Below are positions 10,066-19,522 of a DNA stretch of 64,000 nucleotides, one piece after another. The notes beneath the pieces are model-generated. The model saw only the letters and a list, made by a program, of their open reading frames with translations, was not told the DNA's origin and did not search any database. The position numbers were made by a program, and so were the translations under genes. How positions within the stretch are numbered: position 1 is the stretch's first letter; the number at the start of each line of letters is the position of its first letter. The stretch is from an uncultured delta proteobacterium (GTDB lineage Bacteria > Desulfobacterota > Desulfuromonadia > Geobacterales > DSM-12255). The stretch is taken from NCBI GenBank assembly GCA_963787125.1, contig CAWBBV010000002.1:64001-128000 (forward strand). The letters are read 5' to 3'.

Positions 10066-12060
10066 ATGTCTGCGCCCCGCCTCTCCATCAGGCTGAAACT
10101 CACCGTCGGCTCACTCCTGCCCCTGTTTGTCGCCATCCTCTTCTGTTCCCTGACCGGCATCTACATCATCAACTCCCGGATCAATGTCATGGCCCAGGAC
10201 AAAGTCCGCACCGACCTCAATGCGGCCAGGGAGGTCTATGGCAACGAAATCAGCCATATCCGCGACGTGGTCCGGTTCTCGGCAAACATACCTTCAGCCG
10301 TAAAGGCCGTTGCCTCCGGCGACCGCAAAGGGCTAGGGGCGTTGCTTGCGCCTCTTTTGCGCAGTGAACAGCTGGATATCCTGACGGTTGTGGATCTTAG
10401 CGGACGGGTCATCTACCGGGCCGGCAATCCGGGAGTCTTCGGCGACTACCTGCCTGAAGACCCGCTAGTGCGCCAGTCCCTGGGAGGCGGCATTACGGCC
10501 GGGAGTCTGATTTTATCTCCTGGCAGGCTTGCTCTGGAGGGCGTTGGTCTGGCGGACCGGGCATTCATCGCGGTTATCCACACTGAGCGCGCCAAACCGG
10601 AACCAAAAGTTAGTGAGCGCTCCGGCATGAGCATGGTTGCTTCCGCACCGATGCTGAACGACCAGGGGGAGATTGTCGGCGCCCTGTATGGCGGGGTGCT
10701 GCTGAACGGCAATAACGCCGTAGTCGACAAGATCAAGCGGATTGTTTTTGAAGGAGTCCAGTTTCAAGGCAAGGATGTGGGGACGGCGACCATCTTTCTT
10801 GACGATGTCAGAATCACAACCAACGTCCAAACAGTTGACGCTAAACGGGCTATCGGAACCAGAATGTCTGCCGAGGTTTACAGCCGGGTGATCCAGAAGC
10901 GGGAAAAGTGGGTTGATCGGGCCTTTGTTGTCAATGATTGGTATTTCTCTGCCTACGAACCGATCCTGGATCTGAAAGGAAGCGTAATCGGCTCTCTTTA
11001 CGTCGGCATGAGAGAAGAGCCGAATACGGCCCTCAAAAAAAAGATCAACTTTCTCTTTGCCGGGGTGCTGCTGGCCGGCTCCCTTTTCGGACTGGTTGTA
11101 TCCGGAGTTATCGGCAGCCGGCTGTCGCGGCCTATCAGGGAGCTGAAAAAGGCAGTACAGCGGTTTTCAGTCGGGGAGCGAGAGTTGCAAATCGAAGTCA
11201 CAAGCGGCGACGAGATCGGCGAATTGGCCCTGGAATTCAAGAACATGACCGTTGCACTCATGCAGCGCGAGACTGCCATCAACGAGCTGAACCGGGATCT
11301 GGAACAAAAAGTACATGAGCGGACTGCCGAGCTTGAGGAGAAAAACCTCCTCCTCATGAAGACCCAGTCCGAGCTGGTAAGAGCTGAGAAACTGGCGGCG
11401 GTGGGAGAACTGGCCGCCGGGGTCGCCCACGAAATCAACAACCCCATGGCTATTATTCGCGGCAATGCTGAAGTGTTACTGATGGAGTTGCCGCCGGATC
11501 ACCCCAGCCGCGAGGAAGCAGAGATCATAGCCCGGCAGGTAGGGAGGGTCAAGAGGATCGTCGCCAATCTCCTCTCCTTTGCCCGCAAGCAGCCGAGAAG
11601 TATCAACCAGGTGCTGATCGTCCCACTTCTGGAAGAGATTGTGGAGCAGCTGAAACATCATGTTTCGCTGGCGAATATCCGGATAAACTGGGAATTGCCG
11701 CTTGATGAAATCGCTCTTGACGGGGATGAGGAACAGCTGCGGCAGGTGTTCACCAACCTGGTCATAAATGCAGTCCAATCGATGGAGAACGGTGGAACCA
11801 TTACTATCCGGGCTCTTTTAGACGATGAAAAGGATTGTTGCTGCATAGAGATTGAAGACCGGGGCAACGGCATTCCCCCGGAACAGCTCAAGGATATTTT
11901 CACTCCGTTCTTCACCACCAAAACGAGCGGCACAGGCCTAGGGCTGTCAGTCTCCTACGGCATCATAAGGGAGCATGGCGGGATGATTGCGGCCAGAAGC
12001 GAGGCGGGTTCAGGCGCCATTTTCATCGTTACCCTGCCATTGGCCCGGCAAACCTGTTGA
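10066..12060 (+). CDS. Cache/HAMP sensor histidine kinase
   Basis: Two TM helices around a periplasmic domain, HAMP region, H-box AHEINNP, and N/G boxes (NAVQ, DRGNGI, FFTTK, GTGLGL). Confidence 0.93.
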   Translation: MSAPRLSIRLKLTVGSLLPLFVAILFCSLTGIYIINSRINVMAQDKVRTDLNAAREVYGNEISHIRDVVRFSANIPSAVKAVASGDRKGLGALLAPLLRSEQLDILTVVDLSGRVIYRAGNPGVFGDYLPEDPLVRQSLGGGITAGSLILSPGRLALEGVGLADRAFIAVIHTERAKPEPKVSERSGMSMVASAPMLNDQGEIVGALYGGVLLNGNNAVVDKIKRIVFEGVQFQGKDVGTATIFLDDVRITTNVQTVDAKRAIGTRMSAEVYSRVIQKREKWVDRAFVVNDWYFSAYEPILDLKGSVIGSLYVGMREEPNTALKKKINFLFAGVLLAGSLFGLVVSGVIGSRLSRPIRELKKAVQRFSVGERELQIEVTSGDEIGELALEFKNMTVALMQRETAINELNRDLEQKVHERTAELEEKNLLLMKTQSELVRAEKLAAVGELAAGVAHEINNPMAIIRGNAEVLLMELPPDHPSREEAEIIARQVGRVKRIVANLLSFARKQPRSINQVLIVPLLEEIVEQLKHHVSLANIRINWELPLDEIALDGDEEQLRQVFTNLVINAVQSMENGGTITIRALLDDEKDCCCIEIEDRGNGIPPEQLKDIFTPFFTTKTSGTGLGLSVSYGIIREHGGMIAARSEAGSGAIFIVTLPLARQTC

Positions 12061-12186
12061 CAGGAGATCGTCCGGGCTGCCACCCTGCAAATGTCCTGTT
12101 CGCAGCCGATGGCAACAGCTGGCCATTTCCGGCTTGTAATGTCAGGGCAAAATGAGTATAAGGTCTGAAATATCGGCTTAATCAAT

Positions 12187-12284
12187 GGAAGCACTTCGGT
12201 CTCTGGTGGGCCGCCCGGTCTTCAAAACCGGTGGGGGGGATGAGAAATCTCCCCGGTGGGTTCGATTCCCATGTGCTTCCGCCA
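12187..12284 (+). tRNA. selC: tRNA-Sec (anticodon UCA)
   Basis: GGAAGCAC/GTGCTTCC 8-bp acceptor stem, CT-TCA-AA anticodon loop, long variable arm, GTTCGATTC T-loop, 3' GCCA. Confidence 0.95.
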
Positions 12285-12347
12285 ATATTTGAGCCCTTGC
12301 AAACAGAGGCTTTTTTAAACACGCAGGCAGCAAAGGAAGACAAATAA

Positions 12348-12755
12348 ATGCCTGAAGACATTCGCTGGAAACAACGCTTTGACAACTACAGCCGCGCACT
12401 TCATCAATTGACCCTTGCAGTGCAACTGATGCACCAACGGCCGCTATCAAATCTTGAACTGCAGGGATTGATTCAGGGGTTTGAGTTTACCCATGAACTT
12501 GCCTGGAATGTCCTGAAAGATTATCTGGAGTTTGAGGGGATTCAAGGATTGATAGGCTCAAGAAGCACGGTGCGTGAGGCATTCAAGAGGGGTCTGGTTA
12601 TGGATGGCGAAGCCTGGATGGATATGATTGAAAAACGAAACCTCTCCAGTCATACCTATAACCAGGACGTTGCTGAAACTCTGGTGGCAGCTATCGACGA
12701 AAGTTATTATCCTGCATTCATGGCACTCCAGGAGCGTTTTGAGAAAGAGATTTAG
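12348..12755 (+). CDS. HEPN / nucleotidyltransferase substrate-binding protein (HI0074 family), putative toxin
   Basis: GLIQGFEFTHELAW and RNLSSH (Rx4H) motifs. Confidence 0.85.
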   Translation: MPEDIRWKQRFDNYSRALHQLTLAVQLMHQRPLSNLELQGLIQGFEFTHELAWNVLKDYLEFEGIQGLIGSRSTVREAFKRGLVMDGEAWMDMIEKRNLSSHTYNQDVAETLVAAIDESYYPAFMALQERFEKEI

Positions 12756-12757
12756 TC

Positions 12758-13072
12758 ATGCCTGAATTCGGTCTTCCTGATAAAACCATAACTACCATTC
12801 GGAAGATATTTGTTGAGTTCCCCGCGGTGGAAAAAGCTATCCTGTACGGTTCGCGTGCTAAAGGGAATTATAAGCATGGTTCTGACATTGACCTGACCCT
12901 TGTTGGGGATATGCTTGACAGCAACACTCTGGGCAAGGTTGCAGACAGGCTCGATGAATCGTCGATTCCCTATCAGGTTGATCTCTCGATTTTCGAACAA
13001 CTCAGGCACGCCGGACTGCGGGAACATATCGAAAGGGTCGGAGTGGTGTTTTATGAGCGGCAAGGCACTTAG
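12758..13072 (+). CDS. Minimal nucleotidyltransferase (MNT), putative antitoxin
   Basis: LYGSRAKG..SDIDL motif; directly follows the HEPN gene. Confidence 0.88.
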   Translation: MPEFGLPDKTITTIRKIFVEFPAVEKAILYGSRAKGNYKHGSDIDLTLVGDMLDSNTLGKVADRLDESSIPYQVDLSIFEQLRHAGLREHIERVGVVFYERQGT

Positions 13073-13104
13073 TTCTCTGGTGGGCTAGATTCCCATGTGC
13101 GCCA
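13063..13104 (+). pseudogene. Internally deleted remnant copy of tRNA-Sec
   Basis: 13063-13085 matches selC 12189-12211 at 20/23 positions; 13088-13100 is identical to selC 12264-12276 and is followed by GCCA. Confidence 0.7.
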
Positions 13105-13119
13105 TTCACGCAAATCCTG

Positions 13120-15504
13120 CTACACCCCAACCTGCTGCTGATACAGATATTTCTGAAACCCCGCAAACACCCTGCCGATTTCAGCAGCTTTCCCAAGATC
13201 GGCCTCGGCATCTCTCAACGAGTCATGATATTTGAGTTTGAGCAGCGGCGATAGTTTCGCCATGTCCAGCTCATCCACGCCTACCTCCACATAATGGGCC
13301 AGCACGAAGTCAAGAAAGGTCTGCTGTTTGCTGGTGAAGTGCTGGGTGATGAGCGTTCGTGCCTTTGCTGCCCGCTCTTCACGGGTGAGGGTTGGCAGGG
13401 CATAGGCGACATGGGCCAGCACGTCGAAGAGGTCGCTCTTCTCCGCATCAACGATCTTCTGCATTTCGCCAAGTTGCTCTTTGCCGAAACCCTTCTCTCC
13501 AAGCCCCGCCAGCAGCTTCCGGCGGGTATCAGGCCGACTCCATAAGGTACGCAGTTCGTCTTCGTTCTTGAAGAACTCGGGGAGCTTGCCGAACAGCATT
13601 TCCATGAACTGCTGGGCTGTTACCGGTATGCCACCAGGATGCCAGTAGCTGGACACGATCGTATGCTTAATGTTGCGTTCCTTACCATCGGCAAGCTGCA
13701 CCTTGACCTTGACCCGCCGGATACATTCACACGGCAATTGGCCGCAAAACGTGCAGGGTTCCGGCTCCGGCCTCTCACAGACACACGGACGCTGGCCGCA
13801 GGCCTTGCAGAGCGGCTTGACACATTCGCAAGGGAAACCGCCGCATATCTCGCATGCCTCCGGCTCAAGCGGTTCGCCATCCCATTCCGGGTCGCGGAAA
13901 TGTTCGTGCGCCTTCACAAAGTCGTAGATCGTGAAGTAGTCCTTGCCATCGAAGAGCCGGGTGCCGCGGCCGATGATCTGCTTGAACTCGATGATTTGCC
14001 TGATCGGGCGCATCAGCACGATGTTGCGGATATTACGGGCATCGACACCGGTTGACAGCTTTTGCGAGGTGGTGAGAATGGTCGGAATGGTCTTCTCGTT
14101 GTCCTGAAAGTCGCGCAGGAACTGATTGCCGATCTCCCCTTCGTCGGCAGTGACCCGCACACAATAATTCGGTTCCGTGCTGCTTTTCATCCGGTTGATT
14201 AAATCACGCACTACCAAGGCATGAGCCTGATTCGCACAGAACACCAGCGTCTTTTCCCGCTGATCAATCTGGTTCATGAAGATTTCAACGCGCTTCTTCT
14301 CCCGCTCGTAAATGACGATTTTCCGGTTAAAGTCCGCCTCTTCGTAAACCCTGCCCGCCTCTATCTCCCCCTCGACGACCATATCATCAGGGGTGTAGAC
14401 GTATTCATCCAGCGTGGTGGTGATCTGTTTGATCTTGAATGGGGTAAGAAAACCGTCGTTGATTCCTTCTTTCAGTGAGTAGACATAGACCGGTTCGCCG
14501 AAATAGTCGTAGGTATCCACGTTGTCGTCACGCTTGGGGGTGGCTGTCAAGCCAAGCTGCACGGCGGGTTTGAAGTATTCCATGATCTCGCGCCAACTGC
14601 TCTCATCATTGGCTCCGCCGCGGTGGCATTCGTCGATGATAATACAATCGAAGAAGTCTTTCGGGTAGTCACCGAAATAAGGGGTCTCGCCCAGGCCGCT
14701 CATAAAGGTCTGAAAGATGGTGAAAAAGACGCTGCCGTTGGTCGGCACTCTCCCCTTCTTGCGGATGGAGTCGGGATCGATGCGCACCAGCGCGTCTTCC
14801 TTGAAGGCGGCGAAGGAGGAAAAATCGTTGTAGGCCTGATCGGCCAGATTAACCCGGTCGGCCAGGAAGAGGATACGCGGCAGCCGTGACGTTTCACGGC
14901 TCAGACTCCAGCGGGACTGGAACAGTTTCCAGGCGATCTGGAAGGCGATTGAGGTCTTGCCGGTGCCGGTAGCCAGGGTCAGGAGGATGCGGTCGTTTCC
15001 CTCGGCAATCCGCTCCAGCACCCGCTCCATGGCGATCTGCTGATAAAAGCGGATCTGCCAGCTGCCGCTCTTGTCGGCAACCGGCACAGCGGCGAAGCGG
15101 TCGCGCCAGCCGTTCGCGGCGCTAAAGGTCAGGTCCCAGAGTTCGGCAGGGGTGGGATAGCGGGCAACATCCCCTTCTATCCCGGTTGCCATGTCGATGC
15201 CGTAAATCTTCTGGCCGTTGGTGGCGTAGGTGTAGCGCACGGCCAGCTTCCCGGCGTAGATCTTCGCCTGGGCCGCCCCTTCGGTGTAGGGCCGGCCCCA
15301 TGCCTTGGCCTCGATCACCGCCAGCTTGTGGTTGCGGTAGATCAGCACGTAATCGGCCACCTGCGGCTCGCCGCGCACCCCCTTGCCCAGGATGCGGCCG
15401 GGGGTGATTACCTCCCGGCGGATGCGGCTCCCTTCAACCACTCCCCAGCCGGCAGCTTTCAGGGCGGGGTCGATATGTTCGGCTCTGGTTTCGGCTTCGT
15501 TCAT
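13120..15504 (-). CDS. hsdR: Type I restriction endonuclease R subunit (EcoAI/EcoEI-like)
   Basis: ADY..IEAK nuclease motif, ATGTGKT, IDECHRG, GLTATP, QIIGRGTR. Confidence 0.93.
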   Translation of the reverse strand: MNEAETRAEHIDPALKAAGWGVVEGSRIRREVITPGRILGKGVRGEPQVADYVLIYRNHKLAVIEAKAWGRPYTEGAAQAKIYAGKLAVRYTYATNGQKIYGIDMATGIEGDVARYPTPAELWDLTFSAANGWRDRFAAVPVADKSGSWQIRFYQQIAMERVLERIAEGNDRILLTLATGTGKTSIAFQIAWKLFQSRWSLSRETSRLPRILFLADRVNLADQAYNDFSSFAAFKEDALVRIDPDSIRKKGRVPTNGSVFFTIFQTFMSGLGETPYFGDYPKDFFDCIIIDECHRGGANDESSWREIMEYFKPAVQLGLTATPKRDDNVDTYDYFGEPVYVYSLKEGINDGFLTPFKIKQITTTLDEYVYTPDDMVVEGEIEAGRVYEEADFNRKIVIYEREKKRVEIFMNQIDQREKTLVFCANQAHALVVRDLINRMKSSTEPNYCVRVTADEGEIGNQFLRDFQDNEKTIPTILTTSQKLSTGVDARNIRNIVLMRPIRQIIEFKQIIGRGTRLFDGKDYFTIYDFVKAHEHFRDPEWDGEPLEPEACEICGGFPCECVKPLCKACGQRPCVCERPEPEPCTFCGQLPCECIRRVKVKVQLADGKERNIKHTIVSSYWHPGGIPVTAQQFMEMLFGKLPEFFKNEDELRTLWSRPDTRRKLLAGLGEKGFGKEQLGEMQKIVDAEKSDLFDVLAHVAYALPTLTREERAAKARTLITQHFTSKQQTFLDFVLAHYVEVGVDELDMAKLSPLLKLKYHDSLRDAEADLGKAAEIGRVFAGFQKYLYQQQVGV

Positions 15505-15514
15505 GGGCGGCTTC

Positions 15515-16645
15515 CTAGAGTTGACCGGTGAAGGCTTGGTCGAGGAGTGATTTTTTCAGGGCGTCGAGGGCGGCAAGTTTCTGCTGGTAGATGGATTCGA
15601 GGTCATCTGTTTGTTCTCGAAGAGAATCCATCGTCGTAACAATCCTCTCCTGACTTGCAAGGCTCGGTAGTGCAATCTCCATGTCCTTGATCATTCCAAG
15701 TTTTAGAAACTTCGTCCCTGCACCAACTGACTGTTCTTTGAATTTCTTTAGGCTCTTCAACATCTGGAAATACAAAAATCGATATAACACACGCTTTTGT
15801 TCATTCACCGTGATCACATAAGTGCGCTGGTAAGCATTAAATTTCCCTTTGTAGTGCTTCACATTGAAGTCACCTACTGCATTGTTGCCTGCCAAGAGAA
15901 TCGCTTCAAAGTCAAAAGCAAAATTATCGATAGCGTAAATTTCTCTTGAGCAAGTGAAAAAGGGATACTGTCCATCTTCAACTGCCGCATTAGCATCTAA
16001 TTTACCCGTGGTTATCTTAACCAAATCTCCAAGCGGAACCTTATCCGCATCTATGTTGTTCAGGTGGCTTTCAAAGATAGCACGGGCACTCCTGAGGTTC
16101 TTTTCGGCGTTGGCTTTGGCGGTGGTGATACCGTCAAATGCTTTGTCGAGGATGGTGACAATGCGCTGCTGTTCGGTTGGCGTGGGGAAATGAACTTGAA
16201 GCTCTTTTAGCTTTGCCTTGTTCAGCGTCATTCCCTTCAGCTTCACATCGTTTTCAGCAGCCTTTTTCCAATCAAAAAAGTGTAGGAAGTAGAAAAGGAA
16301 TTCCTTTGAAAGCTCTTTCTCATTGAAAATGGTGAGTGCCACAATCGCCTCATTCGTGAACAGGTCGCGACCTGCAAAAGCTAATCGTCCAAGCGTGAGC
16401 TTGAAACTCGCAAGCAGTGTACCTTTGCGAACGTTCTTAGAAATGGCTGCGCCTTTGTCCGAGAGGTATTCTTTACTATCAACGACAACATTGTCCTCGG
16501 CATTTAGAAGGTCAGCGATTGATAACCAGACGTTGTCAGTTTCACGCTTCTCATCCCAAAACGCCTTATGTGCTCTCGCTGGTGTTTTACCCAGTTCGAT
16601 CTTGCACAAATCTCCAAGCTTCTTTTTCTGCCACCCTACCTTCAT
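15515..16645 (-). CDS. hsdS: Type I R-M specificity subunit
   Basis: Two TRDs joined by PTPTEQQRIV and PSLASQERIV coiled coils; ends LLDQAFTGQL. Confidence 0.92.
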   Translation of the reverse strand: MKVGWQKKKLGDLCKIELGKTPARAHKAFWDEKRETDNVWLSIADLLNAEDNVVVDSKEYLSDKGAAISKNVRKGTLLASFKLTLGRLAFAGRDLFTNEAIVALTIFNEKELSKEFLFYFLHFFDWKKAAENDVKLKGMTLNKAKLKELQVHFPTPTEQQRIVTILDKAFDGITTAKANAEKNLRSARAIFESHLNNIDADKVPLGDLVKITTGKLDANAAVEDGQYPFFTCSREIYAIDNFAFDFEAILLAGNNAVGDFNVKHYKGKFNAYQRTYVITVNEQKRVLYRFLYFQMLKSLKKFKEQSVGAGTKFLKLGMIKDMEIALPSLASQERIVTTMDSLREQTDDLESIYQQKLAALDALKKSLLDQAFTGQL

Positions 16646-18099
16646 AGCAACGCCCTGATATTCGCCAGCACTGCCGCACTCTCGGCATCCAGCGCCGCAA
16701 TCTCATCCATGATCACCTGCGGGCTGCGATGGACAATCTCTTCACCGCCATCGGGGTTCTTCACCGAAAGATCATACCCTTCGGCTCCGCTCAGGGCGCT
16801 GATATCCACGCTCCAGCTCTTGGGCGAATCGGCAAAGGTACGCTGCAGTTGGATGAACTCCTGCAGATCGTCATCATTGAGCGGGTTGGTCTTCCCCATG
16901 TTGCGGCCAACGTCGAGCGAGTAGTACCAGACTGTGCGGGTCTTGGTTCCCTTCTCGAAGAACAGCACTACGGTCTTCACTCCCGCCCCCTGGAAGGTGC
17001 CGCCGGGACAGTCGAGCACCGTGTGCAGGTTGCAGCTTTCCAGCAGCAGCTTGCGCAGACTCACTGAGGCGTTGTCGGTATTGGAGAGAAAGGTGTTCTT
17101 GATGACCACTCCTGCCTTGCCGCCTGCTCTAAGCATCTTGATGAAGTGCTGCAGGAAGAGGAAGGCGGTTTCGCCAGTGCGGATCGGGAAGTTCTGCTGC
17201 ACCTCCTTGCGCTCTTTGCCGCCGAAGGGAGGGTTGGCCAGGATCACGTCGTAGCGGTCTTTCTCCTGAATGCCGGCAAGGTTCTCGGCCAGGGTGTTGG
17301 TGTGGATGATGTTGGGCGCTTCGATGCCATGGAGGATCATGTTCATGATGGCGATGACATAGGCGAGCGACTTCTTTTCCTTGCCGTAGAAGGTGGACTC
17401 CTGCAACAGCTTCATGTCGTCGGTGGTGAGGCCGGGCCGGGCCTTGAGGTAGTCGAAAGCTTCGCACAAAAAGCCTGCCGAACCGACCGCGCCGTCATAG
17501 ATCCGTTTGCCAACCTCCGGATTCACCACCTGCACAATGGCGCGGATCAGGGGGCGCGGGGTGTAATACTCGCCGCCGTTCCTGCCGGCGTTCCCCATGT
17601 TCTTGATCTTGGCTTCGTAGAGGTGGGACAGCTCGTGCTTCTCGGTCTGGGAGCGGAAGCGCAGCTCGTCGATATGGTCGATGATGTCGCGGAGGATATA
17701 GCCGCTGTGGATCTTGTTCTTGATCTCGCCGAATATCTGGCCGATCTTGTATTCGATGGTATTCGGCCCGCTGGCCTTCTGCTTGAAGCCGTGCAGGTAG
17801 GGGAACAGCTTAGCGTCAACGAAGCTCCGCAGGTCGTCGCCAGCCAGAGCCTTGCTGTGGTCGAGCTTGCCGTCGGCGGTCTTGGGTGCTGCCCAGCTTT
17901 CCCAGCGGTATTGTTCATCAAGGATGAAGGAGTACGCCTTTCCCTCCAGTTCCGCCTCCATGGCCTTGTCTTGCTCCAGCCCGTCCAGATATTTCAGAAA
18001 CAGCAGCCAGGAAGTCTGCTCTGCATAGTCCAGTTCACTGGCACAACCAGCTTCTTTCCGGAGTGCGTCGTCGATATTCTTGAAGGCCTGTTCAAACAT
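16642..18099 (-). CDS. hsdM: Type I R-M N6-adenine methyltransferase
   Basis: GEYYTPR, DGAVGSAGFL and ANPPFGG motifs. Confidence 0.94.
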   Translation of the reverse strand: MFEQAFKNIDDALRKEAGCASELDYAEQTSWLLFLKYLDGLEQDKAMEAELEGKAYSFILDEQYRWESWAAPKTADGKLDHSKALAGDDLRSFVDAKLFPYLHGFKQKASGPNTIEYKIGQIFGEIKNKIHSGYILRDIIDHIDELRFRSQTEKHELSHLYEAKIKNMGNAGRNGGEYYTPRPLIRAIVQVVNPEVGKRIYDGAVGSAGFLCEAFDYLKARPGLTTDDMKLLQESTFYGKEKKSLAYVIAIMNMILHGIEAPNIIHTNTLAENLAGIQEKDRYDVILANPPFGGKERKEVQQNFPIRTGETAFLFLQHFIKMLRAGGKAGVVIKNTFLSNTDNASVSLRKLLLESCNLHTVLDCPGGTFQGAGVKTVVLFFEKGTKTRTVWYYSLDVGRNMGKTNPLNDDDLQEFIQLQRTFADSPKSWSVDISALSGAEGYDLSVKNPDGGEEIVHRSPQVIMDEIAALDAESAAVLANIRALL

Positions 18100-18220
18100 G
18101 GTGCTCCTCTGAAACGCAGTAAGTCGCCAGAGAGTACAACATATTTTGCTATATAAACAACACTAATTGATAGCTGTTCATTACGTGTTTGCTGCAAAGA
18201 CGGTTTGTTATAGTGGCGAC

Positions 18221-18580
18221 ATGTCACAGAAAATCATCAAAACCGGAGAAATTGGGGTGGCTATCAGGAAGCGCCGCAAGGAGCTGGGCTGGTCGCAGGA
18301 ACAGTTGGCCGAAAAGGCGGGAGTTACCTTTCAGCAGATGCAGCGCTATGAGAACGGCAGCACCATGCTGAACGTGGAAAATGTCCAGCGGATCGCCGAC
18401 ATTCTTGGACTGCCGGTTACCGACTTCTTTGTAGCGGGTAGGTCTGTCACCGTAGCGGAACCGGTCGAATCCTATTTCGCTGCCGACGAAAAGGCACTAC
18501 TGCGGCATTATCGATCCATTACCGTAATTGCCGACCGGAGACTGGCTGCAAATGTAGTCAAGCGGTTGGCTAAGAAGTAA
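18221..18580 (+). CDS. XRE-family HTH regulator, divergent from hsdM
   Basis: RRKELGWSQEQLAEKAGVTFQQMQRYENG HTH. Confidence 0.85.
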   Translation: MSQKIIKTGEIGVAIRKRRKELGWSQEQLAEKAGVTFQQMQRYENGSTMLNVENVQRIADILGLPVTDFFVAGRSVTVAEPVESYFAADEKALLRHYRSITVIADRRLAANVVKRLAKK

Positions 18581-18735
18581 TCGGCAACTGTAGCGCCCTG
18601 TTAAAAGCTCGCCTGAATAATAAAGGCCCCATGCTCTGAAGCTTGGGGCCTTTATGCGTTATAGTGGGCCATACGGGAAGGGCGAATCAGAAGTGGTAAT
18701 TTTTAGTTTGCTCTTTATGCCATTTCTGGCATTAT

Positions 18736-19110
18736 ATGACTATGCATAAAAAGCTGAAGTTAAAGCCAGTTGAGTGGGTTGGCAGCGCCTTGAAGGATAT
18801 GCGAGCAATGCCGGAAGATGTTCAGGACGTCTTCGGTTTTGCCCTCTTTATGGCGCAAAGTGGCGGCAAACATCCGGACGCCAAGCCGATGAAGGGGTTT
18901 ACCGGCGCTGGAGTTCTGGAGGTTGTGGAAGATTACAACAGCGATACGTATCGGGCTGTTTATACCGTGCGCTTTGCAGATGCTGTTTATGTCCTTCATG
19001 TTTTCCAGAAGAAATCAAAAAAAGGTATCGCAACGCCGAAAGAAGAGATCGACAAGATCAAGACGCGTTTGAGGATGGCGGAAGAGTTGCACAGCGTTAA
19101 AGGGAGGTAG
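18736..19110 (+). CDS. RelE/ParE-family (Gp49-like) toxin
   Basis: YRAVYTVRF..VYVLHVFQKKS motif; upstream palindrome ATGCCA-TTTC-TGGCAT at 18717-18732. Confidence 0.85.
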   Translation: MTMHKKLKLKPVEWVGSALKDMRAMPEDVQDVFGFALFMAQSGGKHPDAKPMKGFTGAGVLEVVEDYNSDTYRAVYTVRFADAVYVLHVFQKKSKKGIATPKEEIDKIKTRLRMAEELHSVKGR

Positions 19111-19445
19111 TGGCGATGGAAGAAGAGATTGAAGTATATCACGGCAGCGGCAATGTCTTTGCCGATATGGGGTTGCCGGATGCAGAAGAACGATTGGCAA
19201 AAGCGAATCTTTCCATGCAGATTCAAGATATTATCAAGAAGCAAAAGCTGACCCAGGCAAAGGCTGCTGAACTTCTGGGGATAGATCAGCCAAAGGTGTC
19301 AGCTTTAATGCGTGGTAAGCTGTCCGGCTTTTCAATGGAGAGACTTTTTCACTTTCTCAATATTCTGGGGCGTGATATTCAGATTATCGTCAAGCCGAAA
19401 TCACGGTCAAAATTGCAGGGTGGATTGAAAGTTTTGGCTGTTTAA
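19110..19445 (+). CDS. XRE/HigA-type antitoxin
   Basis: SGNVFADMG..LTQAKAAELLGIDQPKVSAL..FSMERL; coupled to the toxin gene. Confidence 0.85.
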   Translation: MAMEEEIEVYHGSGNVFADMGLPDAEERLAKANLSMQIQDIIKKQKLTQAKAAELLGIDQPKVSALMRGKLSGFSMERLFHFLNILGRDIQIIVKPKSRSKLQGGLKVLAV

Positions 19446-19522
19446 TCTAAACATTTTCTATTTCCATGGACCCGTTAAATCCTCTTTCAAACAAGGCTTA
19501 GAGCCAAAAAGTTCCAGATCCC

